Source: Lama glama | Lineage: Eukaryota | Assembly: GCA_028534125.1 (NCBI GenBank) | Contig: CM052817.1 | Span: forward strand, 5,024,001-5,088,000 | Length of the DNA stretch: 64,000 nucleotides | Direction: 5' to 3' | Part shown: positions 1-13,136 of the stretch, one piece after another | Numbering within the stretch: the stretch's first letter is position 1 | Layout of the letters: every line of letters begins with the position of its first letter | The notes under the pieces: model-generated | Told to the model about the DNA's origin: nothing | The model's database searches: none | The model's input: only the letters and a program-made list of their open reading frames with translations | Made by a program: the position numbers and the translations under genes

Positions 1-222
1 TAAATATAACACATCTTCTTTATTCAGTCATCTGTTGATGGACATTTAGGCTGTTTCCATGTCTTGGCTATTGTAAATAGTGCTGCTATGAACACTGGGG
101 TGCAGGTGTCATTTTGAAGTAAGGTTCCTTCTGGATACATGCCCAGGAGCGGGATTCCTGGGTCATATGGTAAGTCTATTCCTAGTCTTTTGAGGAATCT
201 CCATACTGTTTTCCACAGTGGC
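1..222 (-). mobile_element. Young L1 fragment (ORF2 end/3' UTR), runs off the left edge
   Basis: Reverse complement of the L1 motifs seen at 52600-52900 (GATGGACATTTAGGCTGTTTCCATGTCTTGGC...GGTAAGTCTATTCC). Confidence 0.85.
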
Positions 223-2349
223 TTTCCTTGCTTTCCTCTCCCAGTCTTAATGATTTTGATGTTTTCTTCTACAATTTTGTGTTTATTCTATTTGGAATTC
301 ATGGTAGTTATCACCTTTCCAGTTTTAACCATTCTTGTAAAGATTACTTTTCCGTTTTTGACATTTTTCAACAGTAAGGCTCAGACACAGATTCATCTAC
401 TCATTTCTTTGATCAGACTATATCGAGATTTCCTGTGAAATGGTCACTGCTAGGTGCCACAGATAAAGAAGGAAAGATGTGTGATGCACACAATGTAATG
501 GCGATGTGAAGATGCGTGGTTCTGAAATGCCACAGCTGGTGAGAGTTGGAGCCAAGTACACTCAGCAGAGGCTGTCGGGGTGCAAACTTCGGGTGCTCAG
601 CCATGAGCCAAAATCCACCCACTGCAGTGGGATCTGCAAATCGGGGCAGAGGTGTCCAGATATCTGTGGGACTCTGGAACCAGGGTTACATCTAATTATG
701 AAAAAGCATTTTCATCACCATTCGAAGGAAGTCACTGATCACCAGTGGGGGGAAAAGCAGGCGTCAGCTGGGAAAAAGTCCATGAAGACTCTTGCTACTG
801 ACACGTGCAGGACTTCTGTGACAAAGCTGCCAGGAAAATGCACCTAGAACCCAGGTCTGTTGCTGGAGCCTGGAGAAGGACCCAGGGTGCCCCTCAACCT
901 AACTGACAAGTTTACTCCAGGGCTGAGACCAAGAATCAGCCAAATGAACGTAAAGATGTAAGGATAGTTTTATTTTGCTTATTTTTGAACAATAGGTCAA
1001 GCAGGAAAATATGAAGATTCCTCTGGAAAACATGTGACACGTTCCCAACAGGCAAAGTTGTGTCTAAGTGCGTAGATTGATTTTAACAAAACATCAGGCA
1101 GAAACCTTTGCTTCGGGACATCAGTAGCGAAGATGAGAAGGCTGTAGCCGGAAGCCCTGCAGGAGTGTGGCGCTTACAGAAGCTACTGATGAAATCCATT
1201 CGATCTGCTATTCATTCACCAAATACAGAGAAGGAAGGGAGCACATAGAATATTTCTGGAGTCAGTTGCTGCCCTGCAAGCTCAGGATCCAGCTATGAGC
1301 AACGCAGAAGGTGTACAGGAAAGAAGAACAGTCAACAAGCAAAGATCTTGCCTAATGTCGGGACAGGTGAGCAGAAGAATCCAGCGAAGAGAGCACAGCA
1401 GGTGGCTCATCCTGCCTGGGATCAGAAAATGCCTTGTTAGGGAACAGACAGTCCGGGATGCCTGGTAGCCTGAGCCTGATTGCAGTAGTGCTCAGAGCAG
1501 GGAATGGTGTTCTAGGCAGGGGAACAGCATGGTCAGAAGCCCAGGCATCAGAGGGAAAATGACACATTTGAGGCACATGGTTTATAAGTGATGCCCACGT
1601 ATAAGAGGTTATTGTTACAGTGTATTCAGTGGGAAAGGCTTGATGAATTTCCATACCTCTTCTGGTTCATTTTTCAAAAGACGAATTGTGCAGTTGTCAG
1701 AGACCTAATTGCTACCGAAATCTCTGCTGAACCAATGAATAAGCAAATAATAAGAGCCCAGCCCTCCCCAGAGTTGAGATAGAATTAGGAAGAACTATGT
1801 GACAGCGTGAAATTGGCGTGACCTATCTGGAAATGTAGATGATATTCCTTCCTCTGCCTTTTTGCCTTTTCTTCTTTGTTCCGAAATGTTTCAGGGGTAT
1901 AATTCTATAATTTTTTTAGGGCCCCGCATCTCCTGTGCATCAGTGAATTCCACTCAATTTGCAAAACACCCTGAAAATGTGTGATAAGTAAACATAGTCC
2001 ATGTGAGGGTTGGCGTGTTTGGAGACCCCCAGCGACGAAGATGCTTTAGAGACATCTTCATACCATCAACTCTGGGACCCGGACCATCGACTACCAGCAG
2101 TGTAATTTTGGCAAGACGTGGCCCCTTTGAACCTAAGAGCCTCAAGTTAAAATGAAGATTTATACCCATCTCTCAGGGGGGTTGTTTGCTCAGAAAGTAC
2201 TGAGAGCAGCAACCGTACGTGCTCAGGACACGTCCCTGCCTTCCTTACCTTCCTTCTTCTGTGCCATAAGCCAGCCTCCCTCCTTCTCAGAAACTAGGGC
2301 CTCTTCATGAAGGAAAAAAGGAACCATTCAAAGAAAAAAGAAAAAAAAT

Positions 2350-3000
2350 AGGAGGTCACACTTAGCACGGCTCCCGGTGCCAGCGCCGGGGCGGCACAGC
2401 CAGTTTCAGAAACGGTTTCTGCGGAGGTGAGATGCCTCCCCCCAGGGCTGAAGTCCTTCTCGCCCACTTCCTGCCCGGGTGTGTGTTGGCTGCGGGGCTT
2501 CCTGGAGGGATGGAGCCAAAACACTCAAAGTGCTTCCCGCGGGAGGAAGCCTTCGCTTCACAGAAGTTGGAGTCCCTGGAACAGGAAGGCCGAGGGGGGT
2601 TCCGGGGGCCCTGGGTTACGGCGCCGCGCTGCGATGCCGGCCCCCCAGGCTTCACGGTCCGGGAGGGAAGGCAGCAGAGGCACCGCTGAGTCCCGCAGCC
2701 CGGCCCGCACTGCCGGTCCCGCGGGCGCCTGGAGCGCGGGCGCAGCTCCCTCCCGGGGGCGGTGCCCTGTCCCCGCGCCCGGGCCCCTTCCGGTGCGCGT
2801 GTGCGCTGGGACTGGAGGTGGGAACTGTCTTCTGGGGCTGGAAATCACATTAATAATGATAACAGCAAAGCCACAACGCTTTCTCTCTACCCCACACTGG
2901 CTGGTCTCAGGGGCTGGCGTGTATTAACCATTCAGTCCCCCCTCGGCCCTGGGCGGGGGGAGGTGGTAACCGACGTTGCCTCCACTTCAGCGGTGAGGAG
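2350..3000. promoter_or_regulatory. Orphan CpG island
   Basis: High GC and dense CpG (e.g. 2620-2810); ETS-type ACTTCCTG 2466 and CTTCCGG 2787; NRF1-like TGCGCGTGTGCGC 2794-2806. Confidence 0.6.
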
Positions 3001-3077
3001 ACGAAGTCACACAGCTAGAGAGTGACAGAGCTTAGGTCTCTGGTTTGAGTTTGAACCTCTAAATCAAGCTGGCCTCT

Positions 3078-3752
3078 GAAAGAAAGTAGAATGGTGGGGG
3101 CCAGGGGCTGCGGGAGAGAAAACGAGGGGTGAGGATTTAAGGGGTGCAGAGTTTCAGTTGGGGAAGGTGAAAAGGTTCTGGAGATGGATGGTGGTGATGA
3201 CTGTACAACAAAGAGAAAACACTTAATGTTACCAAACTGGACACTTAGAAATGGTCTAAATGATTTGCAGCAACATGGAGGGAACTGGAGATCATCATTC
3301 TAAGTGAAGTAAGCCAGAAAGAGAAAGAAAAATACCATATGAGATCATTTATATTGGAATCTAAAAAAAAAGACATAAATGAACTTATTTACAAAACAGA
3401 CAGACTCAGACATAGAAAACAAACTTCTGGTTACCAGGGGGGAAAGAGGGTGGGAGGGATAAATCGGGAGTTTGGGATTTGCAGGTATAAATTATTATAT
3501 ATAAAAGGATAAATCACAAGGTCCTACTATATACCACAGAGAACTACATTTAGTATCTTGTAATGGCCTATAATGAAAAATAATATGAAAAGGAAATTAA
3601 TATATGTATATGTGTAACAGAATCACTACACTGTACACCAGAAATTAACACATTGTAAATTAACTATACTTCAATTTTTAAAAATTTAGTAAATTTTAAT
3701 GGTTGAAATGGTTTAAAAAATCTATCTTATGTATGTTTTACCGCAGTAGAAA
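3078..3752 (+). mobile_element. Old L1M(B)-type 3' end interrupted by a younger L1 3' UTR fragment (~3263-3697)
   Basis: L1MB-like 'GAAAGTAGAATGGTGG...GTTCTGGAGATGGATGGTGGTGATG' breaks at 3262 and resumes at ~3698. Degenerate TSD AATGGTCTAAATG (3250-3262) / AATGGTTGAAATG (3698-3710). Confidence 0.8.
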
Positions 3753-4555
3753 TTTTTTCCATGGGCGAAGGGAATATAGTGTAGCTCTAGAAATGCTCAT
3801 CCCATCGCATGAGACATGGACCATCTTTCATTATAAAATAAATCATTAAAGATGGAAATGGTGGCATCGACTTTTCATAGATCAGGAACCAGAACTGGCT
3901 ACGGGTCTCAGTTTTTAAATTTAAAAGAACTCTGGTTGTATAAGGCCTGACACCAATGCAACAATCACCTTTGCTCAGCTAAGTCAGTTCTCTTAATGTA
4001 TTGAGAAGAATCGTTAGTGAAGCATTTGGTGTCCTATCAACAAAACAGAGGAAAAGATCTGGGCCTCTGAATACAATTGCTAATACAACACACTCTCTGC
4101 TAGCAACCAGGGAATTTTCCAGGTGCCCTGGAGGCAGGGTCTGGGAAGGGAGATTGCTCTCCAGTGAGCAGCTCCCAGTCTGCCTGAAACAGGTACCCCA
4201 CTTACATCCTCATGACCACCTCCCTGTGCGGGACCTCAGGACACCGAGAACCAGGCAGACCAAGCACGTGGCCGAGAGGTGGACCAGAGCCTGCTTTGCC
4301 CGAGAGCCCACACTCAGGATGCTGTGGCCTGCAGACTCATCCACGGACCCCTTAAAATCAGCGCATCAGCACGTTCAAAATGGAGGAAAATCCAAACGTC
4401 ACCTTAGACATAGTCATCCCTCGTTTCCCGAGGAAATTAAGGTTTGGAGATAATGAGTTGTCCAGTATCATACGGCTTATTAGCGTGTAAGGAAGTGATT
4501 TTCTTCCTTCTCTCCGACCCTCAGCAAATATTTACGGAGTCCCTTCCCTTAAGTG

Positions 4556-4808
4556 GCAGCATAGTGAGGTGTCAGGAACACAGACTTGAGCTAGCCTGTC
4601 TGGTCTGAACCCGGGCTCCACTGCGAGTTAATCGAGCAAGTCACTCTCCTTCTTGTTTCACTTGTGCCTCATCTGTGAAGTGGGGAGCTGATGATACCAG
4701 CTCCCACCCGGCAGGGCTTTAGGGGGGTCGCCGTGGTTAATGTGCACAGTGCCCTGAGAAAAACACCAAGCACTCAGCCAGCTCCGTATCCACATTAGCT
4801 GTCATTAG
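4556..4808 (+). mobile_element. MIR SINE
   Basis: Degenerate MIR core (GAGCAAGTCACT...GTGCCTCATCTGTGAAGTGGGG). Confidence 0.6.
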
Positions 4809-5084
4809 TTCCCAGGTCTCCGAACCACGCATGATGGGATGTGGAAGTTGGGCAGAAAATTCGCATCAACTTCACACTTTTGCCAAGTGTCACCCTTACC
4901 TCATCTTAGAGCCTCCAGGGACACAGAGACGACCAACTCAACTCCTCGACCAGGAAATCCTGAGCCTGATACAGACACTGATGAATACACCACTGGAAGG
5001 CAGCCTGGGGAATCTTACACATGTGTTATTAAACTGAAAAATTACAATCCTCAAGGAATAACCTCAAGTGATCAGGTGTTGTTC

Positions 5085-5570
5085 AGTGTATTGTTTTCAA
5101 GTGCTGTGTGATGAATGACCGCAAACTTCAAGGCTGAAAACAACACTCATTGATTAGCTCCTGGCCCTGGGGGGCAGATGTCTGGGTGGGACCAGCTGCG
5201 TTTTCCGCTCTGGGTCTCACTGGCCTGGCACCCTCTCTGGGGGCTCTGGGTCAGAATCTGTCCCCAAGCTCGTTCAGGTAATTGACAGACCCAGTTCCTT
5301 ATGGCTGTAGGTCTGAGGTTGCCACCTCTGTGCTGGAGGTCAACCAGGGCCCCTCTCTGTCCGTAAAGCTGCCCCCCTGCTCCTTCTCATGCCCCCTCTG
5401 CCTTCAGACCAGCAGTGGCTGGTCAAATCCTTTCCACACTCGGAGTCTCTCTGACCTCCTCTTCTGCCACCAACCTGAGAAAACTCTCTGCTTTTCAAGG
5501 GTTTGTGGGATTGGATCAGGGTCAATGAGGTAATCTCCCTTTTGAGTAACTCAGAGTCAACTGATGAGTG
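5085..5570 (-). mobile_element. MaLR (MLT1-type) LTR
   Basis: Typical reversed MLT1 text (AAACTTCAAGGCTGAAAACAACACTCATTGATTAGCTC...CAGTTCCTTATGGCTGTAGGTCTGAGG). Confidence 0.6.
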
Positions 5571-7929
5571 ACCTCCAGGACACACACACCATCCCTGTTG
5601 CCCTATAGCTAACCCGACTACAGCAGCGGTTCCCCATCCGCCACAGGGTCTGCCCACACGCAAGGGGATAGCGCTCCACGGGGATCTGGAGGTCGGGGTA
5701 GAATTCTGCCTCCCACAGTCAGGCTGGGCTCTGTTCTGCTGCGATAACGAGTCCCGGTCCACACCACAGGTGGGCTGAGGCATGGCTCTGGGTCTCCACC
5801 TTGGGGTGAGGCCGGTGGAACAGTCACCATCTCCGACTCGGTGGTCCCACAGCAGAGAGCGAGGGAAAGCAGCTAGCAGGCTTGGGCTCTTAAAGCTTCT
5901 GCCCGGAAGCAAAACCCATCGTGTCCTCTTCTGCATCACTGCACAAGGTAACTCACTTGGCCACGCGTCACTTCAAGGAGGCGGAAAAACTCAGTCTTGG
6001 TGTACATCCGGGAGAGGGCAGACTGGGCATGTTCCAGGACCAGCACCAACGATCACCACGAATAGGGACGCAGCAAAGTGAAAGCAGTGGTTGTGAGCAC
6101 AGCTCTGTGTGGGCGCTCTGCTGGGTACTCTATCAGTCAGACCTCTTCCATTTGCGAGAGAGAAAAAGTCTCACTGAAAGCAGCTCTAGCCGAAAGGAAG
6201 TACTAGGTCTGTAGCTAGAAATGACCCCAGGGTGACTTGCAGAGTCTACGGAGGAGTTCCAGGGCTGGGCCTCTGGGACTAGGATCAGAGATGCAGACTC
6301 TCTTCCTCTCTCCATCTCCCAGCTCTGCTCTGGCCTGGCCTGCTCCTCCCGCAGAGAGCTCCACTCCAGGGCAGGAGACACAACGGCCGGCAATGCCCAA
6401 CAGGGACGTTGTTGGAATGAGAGTGCGACTTTCTTCCTGCACCCATCAGTTCATCCCAGGGAAGGATGCTGATTGGTCCATCCTGAACCATGTGCCCACA
6501 ACTATTAACTACCGTGGTGGGGAGTGAGAGTGGGCCTGAGATGGAATTAGTGAACAAGGTCCACAACCAGAAAAAAAAGAAGAAGAAGAAAGAAAGAAAG
6601 TAAAGAAAATGAAAGCCACAGCCTCCACTGCCACTCACTCCAGCTGTTTCATATTTATTTCATCTTCACAAAAACGCTGGGCGATGAAAGCTGTAAGCCC
6701 TGCGCAGCAGAAGACGACAAGGGCCGATGAGATCTGCGCCGTCACGTCGTAATAGCAGAAGTGAGTTTACACCGAAGCCGGTGTTACCCCAAGCCTGTGC
6801 TCTTCCTGCTGAGCCAGCTGGGGCTCTTCTGGGATGACTTTTTCTGAGTCTTTTCCACACAAACAGGCCCTAGGAAAACGTTCGAGAGAGTTTGTCCTGC
6901 ACCCTGTTTCCCATTAAAATTTGAATCTTTTGAGCTTATAGAGGGGTCTCTATTCTGAAACGTGGGATTATTTCCATAATCACTGTCCCAGAGCAAAAGC
7001 CAGCCTCAGTGTTTGTCCTCATTCCTTTACTCTGGACCATGTGGGCCAACTTTCCACTTGGCTTTGCCAGGAGAACAAGCTCAGAAACACATCCCATAAA
7101 CAGAGGCGACGTGTTGATTTTAACCAAAGGAACACTGCTGTCAACAGGAACGCTGGAGGCAACGTTCCGGCTAGTTGTTCAACCTGCAACCCCTCCCTCC
7201 AGTGCGGCCTGGCTGTCCCTGCGGGGTCAGGGGGCACAGGCATCCCTGGCTCCTGGCTTCTGACCTCAGAACACAAGCAGGAGCTGGGCGCGCAGAGGTG
7301 GCCTCTTTGCTAGAGAAGGGGCCTCCCTCACCAGCCCCGATGTCAGCATCTCAGGCTCCGGGTGTCTAGTGTGACTGATGCTTTCCACAGAATGGAAACT
7401 GCTCCTGGACTCTTCCACCCACTGGCGAAAACAGCTCCTGGCTGGATGCTGGGCAACAGAGGAGGTCTGAGATTGGCCGTGGCCTTTTTGGCTTTGGCTG
7501 CCATCACAAGCAGGCCCAGGACAGGAACATAAGGAACAGTCAGGAGAGGTGTGATTCTGCGTTTGAGCCACATAACAAGGGGTCAGGAAAACACCGAGTG
7601 CCTATTTTTTACGACTTGCTCAGGAATTTCCCATAAGCCCCTAAGGCTGGGAGCAAAACATATTTCCCTGGTTACGTGCATCATTGATTGGAAGATGCCA
7701 GTCTGCACAGCCAGAAAGAAAAGGTTAAATGCTGTTTATCTAAAAAGGAGTCTCTGACTGTGAAAATACGAGGTCACAAGACAGACAGGGGTAGGGTCTG
7801 CTACTAGCACAAAGCTCAGGATTTCTTTCAGTGCTTAAGGGATGGGCTAGCATGTGTCCTGGACTCTAGTGGCATCCACGTTGTGACCAAATGGGGACTC
7901 ACTCGGCTATAAGATGGAGTCAGTAATAT

Positions 7930-8330
7930 ATATGTCAGTTCAGGTTCAACTGAAGAAACAGAAGCAGAGACATAGTAAGATATTTATTTTATTGCAGAGG
8001 ATCAGCTGACACGGCTGTGGAGGCCGGCCAAGAAAGTCCACAACAGCAGGGCAGGCTGTCAGAAAGGGCAGGCTAGAGCTTGTGGGGACAAAGTTACTCC
8101 ACAGGCAGGGTTTCTTCTCCCTCAGAGAAATTCTTCTTCATCAGCTCTGCCCTTCACATCGTTCAGCTGATTGCATCAGGCCCACCCAGAACATCTAGGC
8201 TATTCTGCTACTCCTTAGAGCCAACTGCTTATGGACTTCAACCACAGCTACAAACACCTTCACAGTAACACCTGGAGTAGCAGCTGATCGTGTGACTGGG
8301 ACGGCAGCCTGCCAGAGTTGCCACATCAAA
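7930..8330 (-). mobile_element. MLT2-type ERVL LTR
   Basis: GAAGAAACAGAAGCAG...CTGATTGCATCAGGCCCACCCAG...CACCTTCACAGTAACACCTGGA resembles reversed MLT2. Confidence 0.6.
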
Positions 8331-8654
8331 AGCCGTCACGGTATGGAATATGGAGACAGAACAAGATGGTTTCTTGGTGACTTTGTTGATTTCCTGGATC
8401 AAACCGTTCCTGAGCTCCACCCTGCTTCTACATGCTCCAGTTGCACTTTCCAGAAGATCCAGCTATGGAGATCTCAAGCTGTGTTTTCTGTAACTCACAA
8501 CCTACAGTCCTAACTGACACAAGAGAGGCCCAAACCGAGGAGGTGACAGCCTCGTTCTGACCAGGCCTCACAGAGGGCTGTGTTCCAGTCTGGGTTCTAG
8601 CCAGTGGGAGACACACTGACACACCACATGGTGGCTAAAGGGGTGGTCACCTTC

Positions 8655-9010
8655 ATTTAGCAGAGAGGCACTTATTGAACACCTGCCCTGTGTTGCACCT
8701 GGCCTCTATGCTGTGGACACAAAGACAAGGGGGACTCTTGCTCTGCCCATGGGGGACAGACAAGCAGACAGGCAATGGCCAGAGCGGATGATGCCATGAC
8801 AGAGCAGAGGAGAGTGCAGGGGCTGTGGGAGCCTATGCAGGCAGAGGGCACCCAATCCAGCTTCTGGGGGTCAAGACAGGCTTCTTGGACAAAGTGACAT
8901 TTCAGCTCAGTCTGGAAGGGTGAGAAGGAACAAATCAAAGTGACTAGGTGAGGGAAAGATGTTCTGAGAAGAGGAAACAGCATGTATGAAGGTCCAAGGC
9001 CAGTTGGATG
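8655..9010 (-). mobile_element. L2 LINE fragment
   Basis: TTATTGAACACCTGCCCTGTG...GGCTTCTTGGACAAAGTGACATTTCAGCT...GGAAACAGCATGTATGAAGG is typical reversed L2 3' region. Confidence 0.6.
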
Positions 9011-9834
9011 CAGTAACCACAAACCCTAGGGATTGCTGATGCTGTGTGATTTGGAGCAAGTCACTTCACCACTCTGTGCCTCAGTGCCCTCGAATGATGA
9101 TAGTAGAATAAATGCATTAACCCTTGTGCAGCTCTGGTAGTAAGGCAGCACTTCCAGGATTAGCTATCACCACCACCACCACCATCATCATCGTTACCTG
9201 AGTACCAGTGCAGGGAAGGATGGCAGAGATGTCTGGAGAGCTCAGCTGGGACCAGGCCACAGACCTCAGACTATCTTCCAGGCCTCAGGAAACCAGGGGA
9301 GATTGTGAAACAGGGGCTGGCTGGTGTGGATTCCTGCTTTAGAAATGGCCACCGGCCCGAGAAAGGACTCTGGGCAGAGAGATGTTAATAGTGATGCTAG
9401 TGTAAAGAGGATCTTAAAGCCATTTCCCATGGAAAAAGGCCAGGAAATTGGAGTGTTTGCTCTGAAGGAGCGCCGGTTTTGTTTAAGGGCAGGGATGAGC
9501 AATGGTAGGCAGACTGAGGGAAGAAAGAATCACACAGGGCTGTTCTGTGGAAGAGTTTTAGGTCACAGACAGCAGCTCCAGGGAGTCAGCACATCTCACC
9601 TTCACCTTAGGAAGAAGCTGTATTGTTCAGAGTCACCCAGAGACTGGAGGGCAGCCTTAGATGGCAGTGAGCTCGCCGTCCAGGCTGGTATGCAAGCAGA
9701 CTCTGGATGAGTGCTTGGCGGGGGAGCAGCAAAGGAAGCACAAGCTCCTGGCAGGTTGATGCAGATCATTTCTAAGTTCCTTGCAGCCTTAATTTCTGTT
9801 ATTCTACCGAACCACAGAGAGAAGGTATCAACTT

Positions 9835-10105
9835 TCTGAAGCTGCTGACCTCGAATCACCACAAACTGAGTGTCTTAAAACAATGCAAATGTATCCCTCA
9901 CTGTTTTGGACGTCAGAAGTCCACCACTGGTCTCACTGGATTGAAGTCAAGGTCTTGACAGGGCTGCATTCCTTTCTGGGGTCTCCAGGGGAGAATCTTT
10001 TCTTAGCCCGTTTCAGCTTCTAGAAGCTGCCTGCATCCTTTTGCTTGTGGCTTCTTCCTCCATCTTCAAAGCCAGCAACATAGCATCTTCCAAATTTGTC
10101 TCTCT
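9835..10105 (-). mobile_element. MaLR (MLT1C/D-like) LTR fragment
   Basis: ACCACAAACTGAGTGTCTTAAAACAA...TTCAGCTTCTAGAAGCTGCC...CTCCATCTTCAAAGCCAGCAAC. Confidence 0.65.
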
Positions 10106-12879
10106 CATACATGCTCCCCACCCCCATGCCTGCCCCACTTCCCCACAGTGTTCCTCAGCTTGTAGATGGAGCCACCGCCAGGGAGGGGTCCTGGGGCACC
10201 AGAATTTCCACCGTCACACCACTTACCCTGTGTGTTTGGTGAGTAAATGGCCCTTTACTTTTTTCCGTGAGAACAGCATCTTCTTTTCCGTCATTCACTG
10301 TTTCATTCCTACTGTCCATCTCAAGTCTGCACACAGTAGACGCTCAATAAATAGTGTCCAGAGAATGAAGGAAGAAGCCATTCAAAGAAAATGGCTGGTA
10401 TTCGGCTGAGAAATACTCACCCACTCATTAGCTCCCGCTGTTTGGCTCCCCTGGCATCACGAAGTCCCACCCCGTGATGGGGCCCCTGCTCCTCTCAGAC
10501 ACTGACAGGGCTGGGAGAAACCTTTGGGAGGAGACAAAGGCTTTAGTCTGCAGGGAAATTCCCACCTGGGTTTTTACCATCTACCTTCCAGAGGGAGCAG
10601 GCTGATGCTGAAGGAGGCCAGGGGGGAGGCGGGGTGGGGGCAGGACACACCCGTGGGTCTCCTGAGACCGCCTGCACCTAAGGCAGGGTCTCTCTGGCAG
10701 CCAGTGAAGCTGGTGCAGGCTGTGCTCTGCGGGTTTCTTAATGGGCTTGTGCCTCGCCCTGAGTAACCAGATTCACAGCCATCAGGTTAGTTCAGCAAGG
10801 CTCTCCCGAGCATCCTCTCTGCTCAGCTGGGTGCTGGGTGCTGGCAAACCAAGGTGTAGAAGGAGCGCACAGGTGGGTAGGAAGGCAGCCGGGATCCAGT
10901 TAGCAGGATGTCTGATGCTCAGGGCACCGGAGAAGCTTTTGATTTGCCCGAGGAGCCCCATCAACAACCACACATGGGTCCGGGGTGGAGTGAGACCGGA
11001 CCTCCCAGCGACATGTTTGTCTCCTCGGTAAGTGCGCAGAAACGCCTGTTTTCCAGCACAGCGGCGTCCCCTCGATTGGATGGTCCAAAGACTTGTTTTG
11101 GTGCCTGGATTTGTTTTTCTTCCCTATCCTGAATTTGAAGCTCCTTCGACAGCACATCCAGAAGCCCGGGAGCACTTCAAAGCAGACTGGAATCCCCGGC
11201 TGGGGCCAGTTGTCAGCCAGGGAGGGGGTGAGGAGAGCCCTTCATCCAGAAGAAAAACACCTCTGTGTTTGCCTCCAGCACCTCCAAATGCACAGAGTTC
11301 TGCCCTGTCTGAGAGGGTGCCTGCGAGGCACGCCCCCGGTCATCTGGCTAAAGGTGTTTAGAGAACACGCTCTTACCTGCAAAACAGGAAGGCAAGGCTG
11401 TGATCCCTGCCCAGGGCTTGAGGACAGAAAACTAGAAAAATAGGTCGTCAGGGCAGGAAGGGACCTCCAACTGCCCAGGGTGATGCTGGCTCTGTTTACA
11501 GACAGTGAATGGAATCAAGATCAAGAGGGGATTTTTCTGGGCAAACAGAGCCGGAAGAGGCTGGAGACAGAATTTCATCCTGGCTGTTGATCCTCGATCC
11601 TGCCCCATGTCCAGGACACCACACTCCGTTCCTTCAGCCCTCTGGTCCACAGCTCTGGTTGTTTTGTTCTGGGAATGTGCGCACCACCCACCGCGGGCCT
11701 CTCTTCTGCCCTCCCCTGCAGTGAGACAGGCTTTGGGGAGGAGCAAACACAGGTCCAGAGCTCTGTTCCTCCTTTTGTTAGCCTTGTGACTTCAGTCAGT
11801 TTTATACCCCCAAGGCCCTCAGTCTCCTCATCTGGGAAATGGGAATAACCCCACCCTCTTCATTAGCACTCTGTGAGGCTCAGGACATCTGCGACAACAG
11901 CTGTGTAGCTGATGTATAAATGAGGCTCGTGCATCACTACTGGTACACTCCTGATGCTTGCTGTTAAGTAAGAACCTTCCTCTCTTTTGACAGCTGCTTC
12001 TTCTTGCTACTTCCTTGGTCTTGGGCAGCCCAAGACCCCAGACTCATCTCTGACTGTGAGTCCTGCTCCTCCCGAGTTCTACACTGTGGAGTGGGAGGAT
12101 GGAACAAAAACAAGGCACGGAGCGCCACTGGACCCATTTGTGATCTTGGAGAAGTTGCTGCAACTCTGTGAGCCTCAATTTTCCCACTGGAAAAATGGGG
12201 CTGTTTTCTGCGACACCTGCCTCACAGGGACACTTGTAGGAAAGGAGACAGTGACGTTAGCTCAGACTGTGATAATAGCTCAGCGTCTTTCACTCCTCAC
12301 TGTGCTCTTATCACCCCCACTTCACAGATAAGGAGAGGAAGGAAAGAGCTGAGGAACTTGTCCAAGGTCACTGAAGAAGTAACCATGCGAGCATCTAAGG
12401 GGAGAGCTTCCTCCTATAACTGGGACCCGCTGTCCTGTAAATACAGAGCGTCGTCCCTAAAAGAGATGCCCATTTGGAGAACTAGCCCTTCCTGTGGGTC
12501 TGCTCTGTACCAAAGCCTGTGCTGGGAGTTTGAAGTGGACTAGCGTGGGGGGCGATCCCACATCCCCCCTCCACGGGCGCTGGCCCAAGCTTGTCTTTCA
12601 GGTGCAAAGGCACAGCTGCTCAGAGGGTAAGGGACCGCCCAGAGTTCCCCTCACGGGTCAGGGGTGGACACTGATCCCCAGGCTGCCTGACCCCAAGCTG
12701 GTACTCAGTCCATCACTTCCGGTCTTTCTCCCTCCCCCAACTCTGCTCCAGAAGATCAGCCAGTCTTTAGAAAACAGTCCCCATTCCAACTGAAGGGGCT
12801 GAATGCCCACCCCTCCCCTCTGACCGAACCTCCCACTCGCCCCTCTGCCAGTTCTGCCACTCCAGGAAGAGCCCCTGCA

Positions 12880-13136
12880 GAGACAGAAAGCCTTATTGCA
12901 AGTTGTGAGAGAGGAGGGCCTAGCTTCCCTGCCAGGTGTCCCTCACCCACCCTCCAGGCGGGCCCCCCTCAACAAGGGGGGCTTTCAGGTCTGAAAGCCT
13001 CCAGTGTCCCCAGCCAGGTGGGCGTGCTCTTGGCCTTGGCTGGGCCCCACAGGAAACGGAGGCGTGGAGGACCACCCCCAAGCTGCTGCTTAAAGGGGCA
13101 GCTGGCGTCGGGCTGCAGTCAGGCCACCTTTGCACC
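12880..13136 (+). promoter_or_regulatory. CYTL1 proximal promoter (GC-rich, TATA-like TTAAA)
   Basis: TTAAA at 13090-13094, 43 nt before the ATG. ETS-type ACAGGAAAC 13049-13057 and KLF/SP-type GGCGTG boxes near 13020 and 13061. CpG-rich through exon 1. Confidence 0.6.

Noticed and set aside
1954..3025. STK32B first exon or another gene in the CpG island ORFs
   Set aside because: No MGGNHSHK-like peptide on the minus strand; the overlapping Pro/Arg/Gly-rich ORFs are expected in GC-rich DNA.
5340..5939. 199-aa minus-strand ORF
   Set aside because: It partly overlaps a MaLR LTR, has no recognisable domain and no splice support.
12936..13136. In-frame upstream extension of CYTL1 exon 1 (ORF 12936-13385)
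   Set aside because: It starts at a non-ATG codon upstream of the TATA-like box and would bury the signal peptide; the ATG at 13137 has good context.
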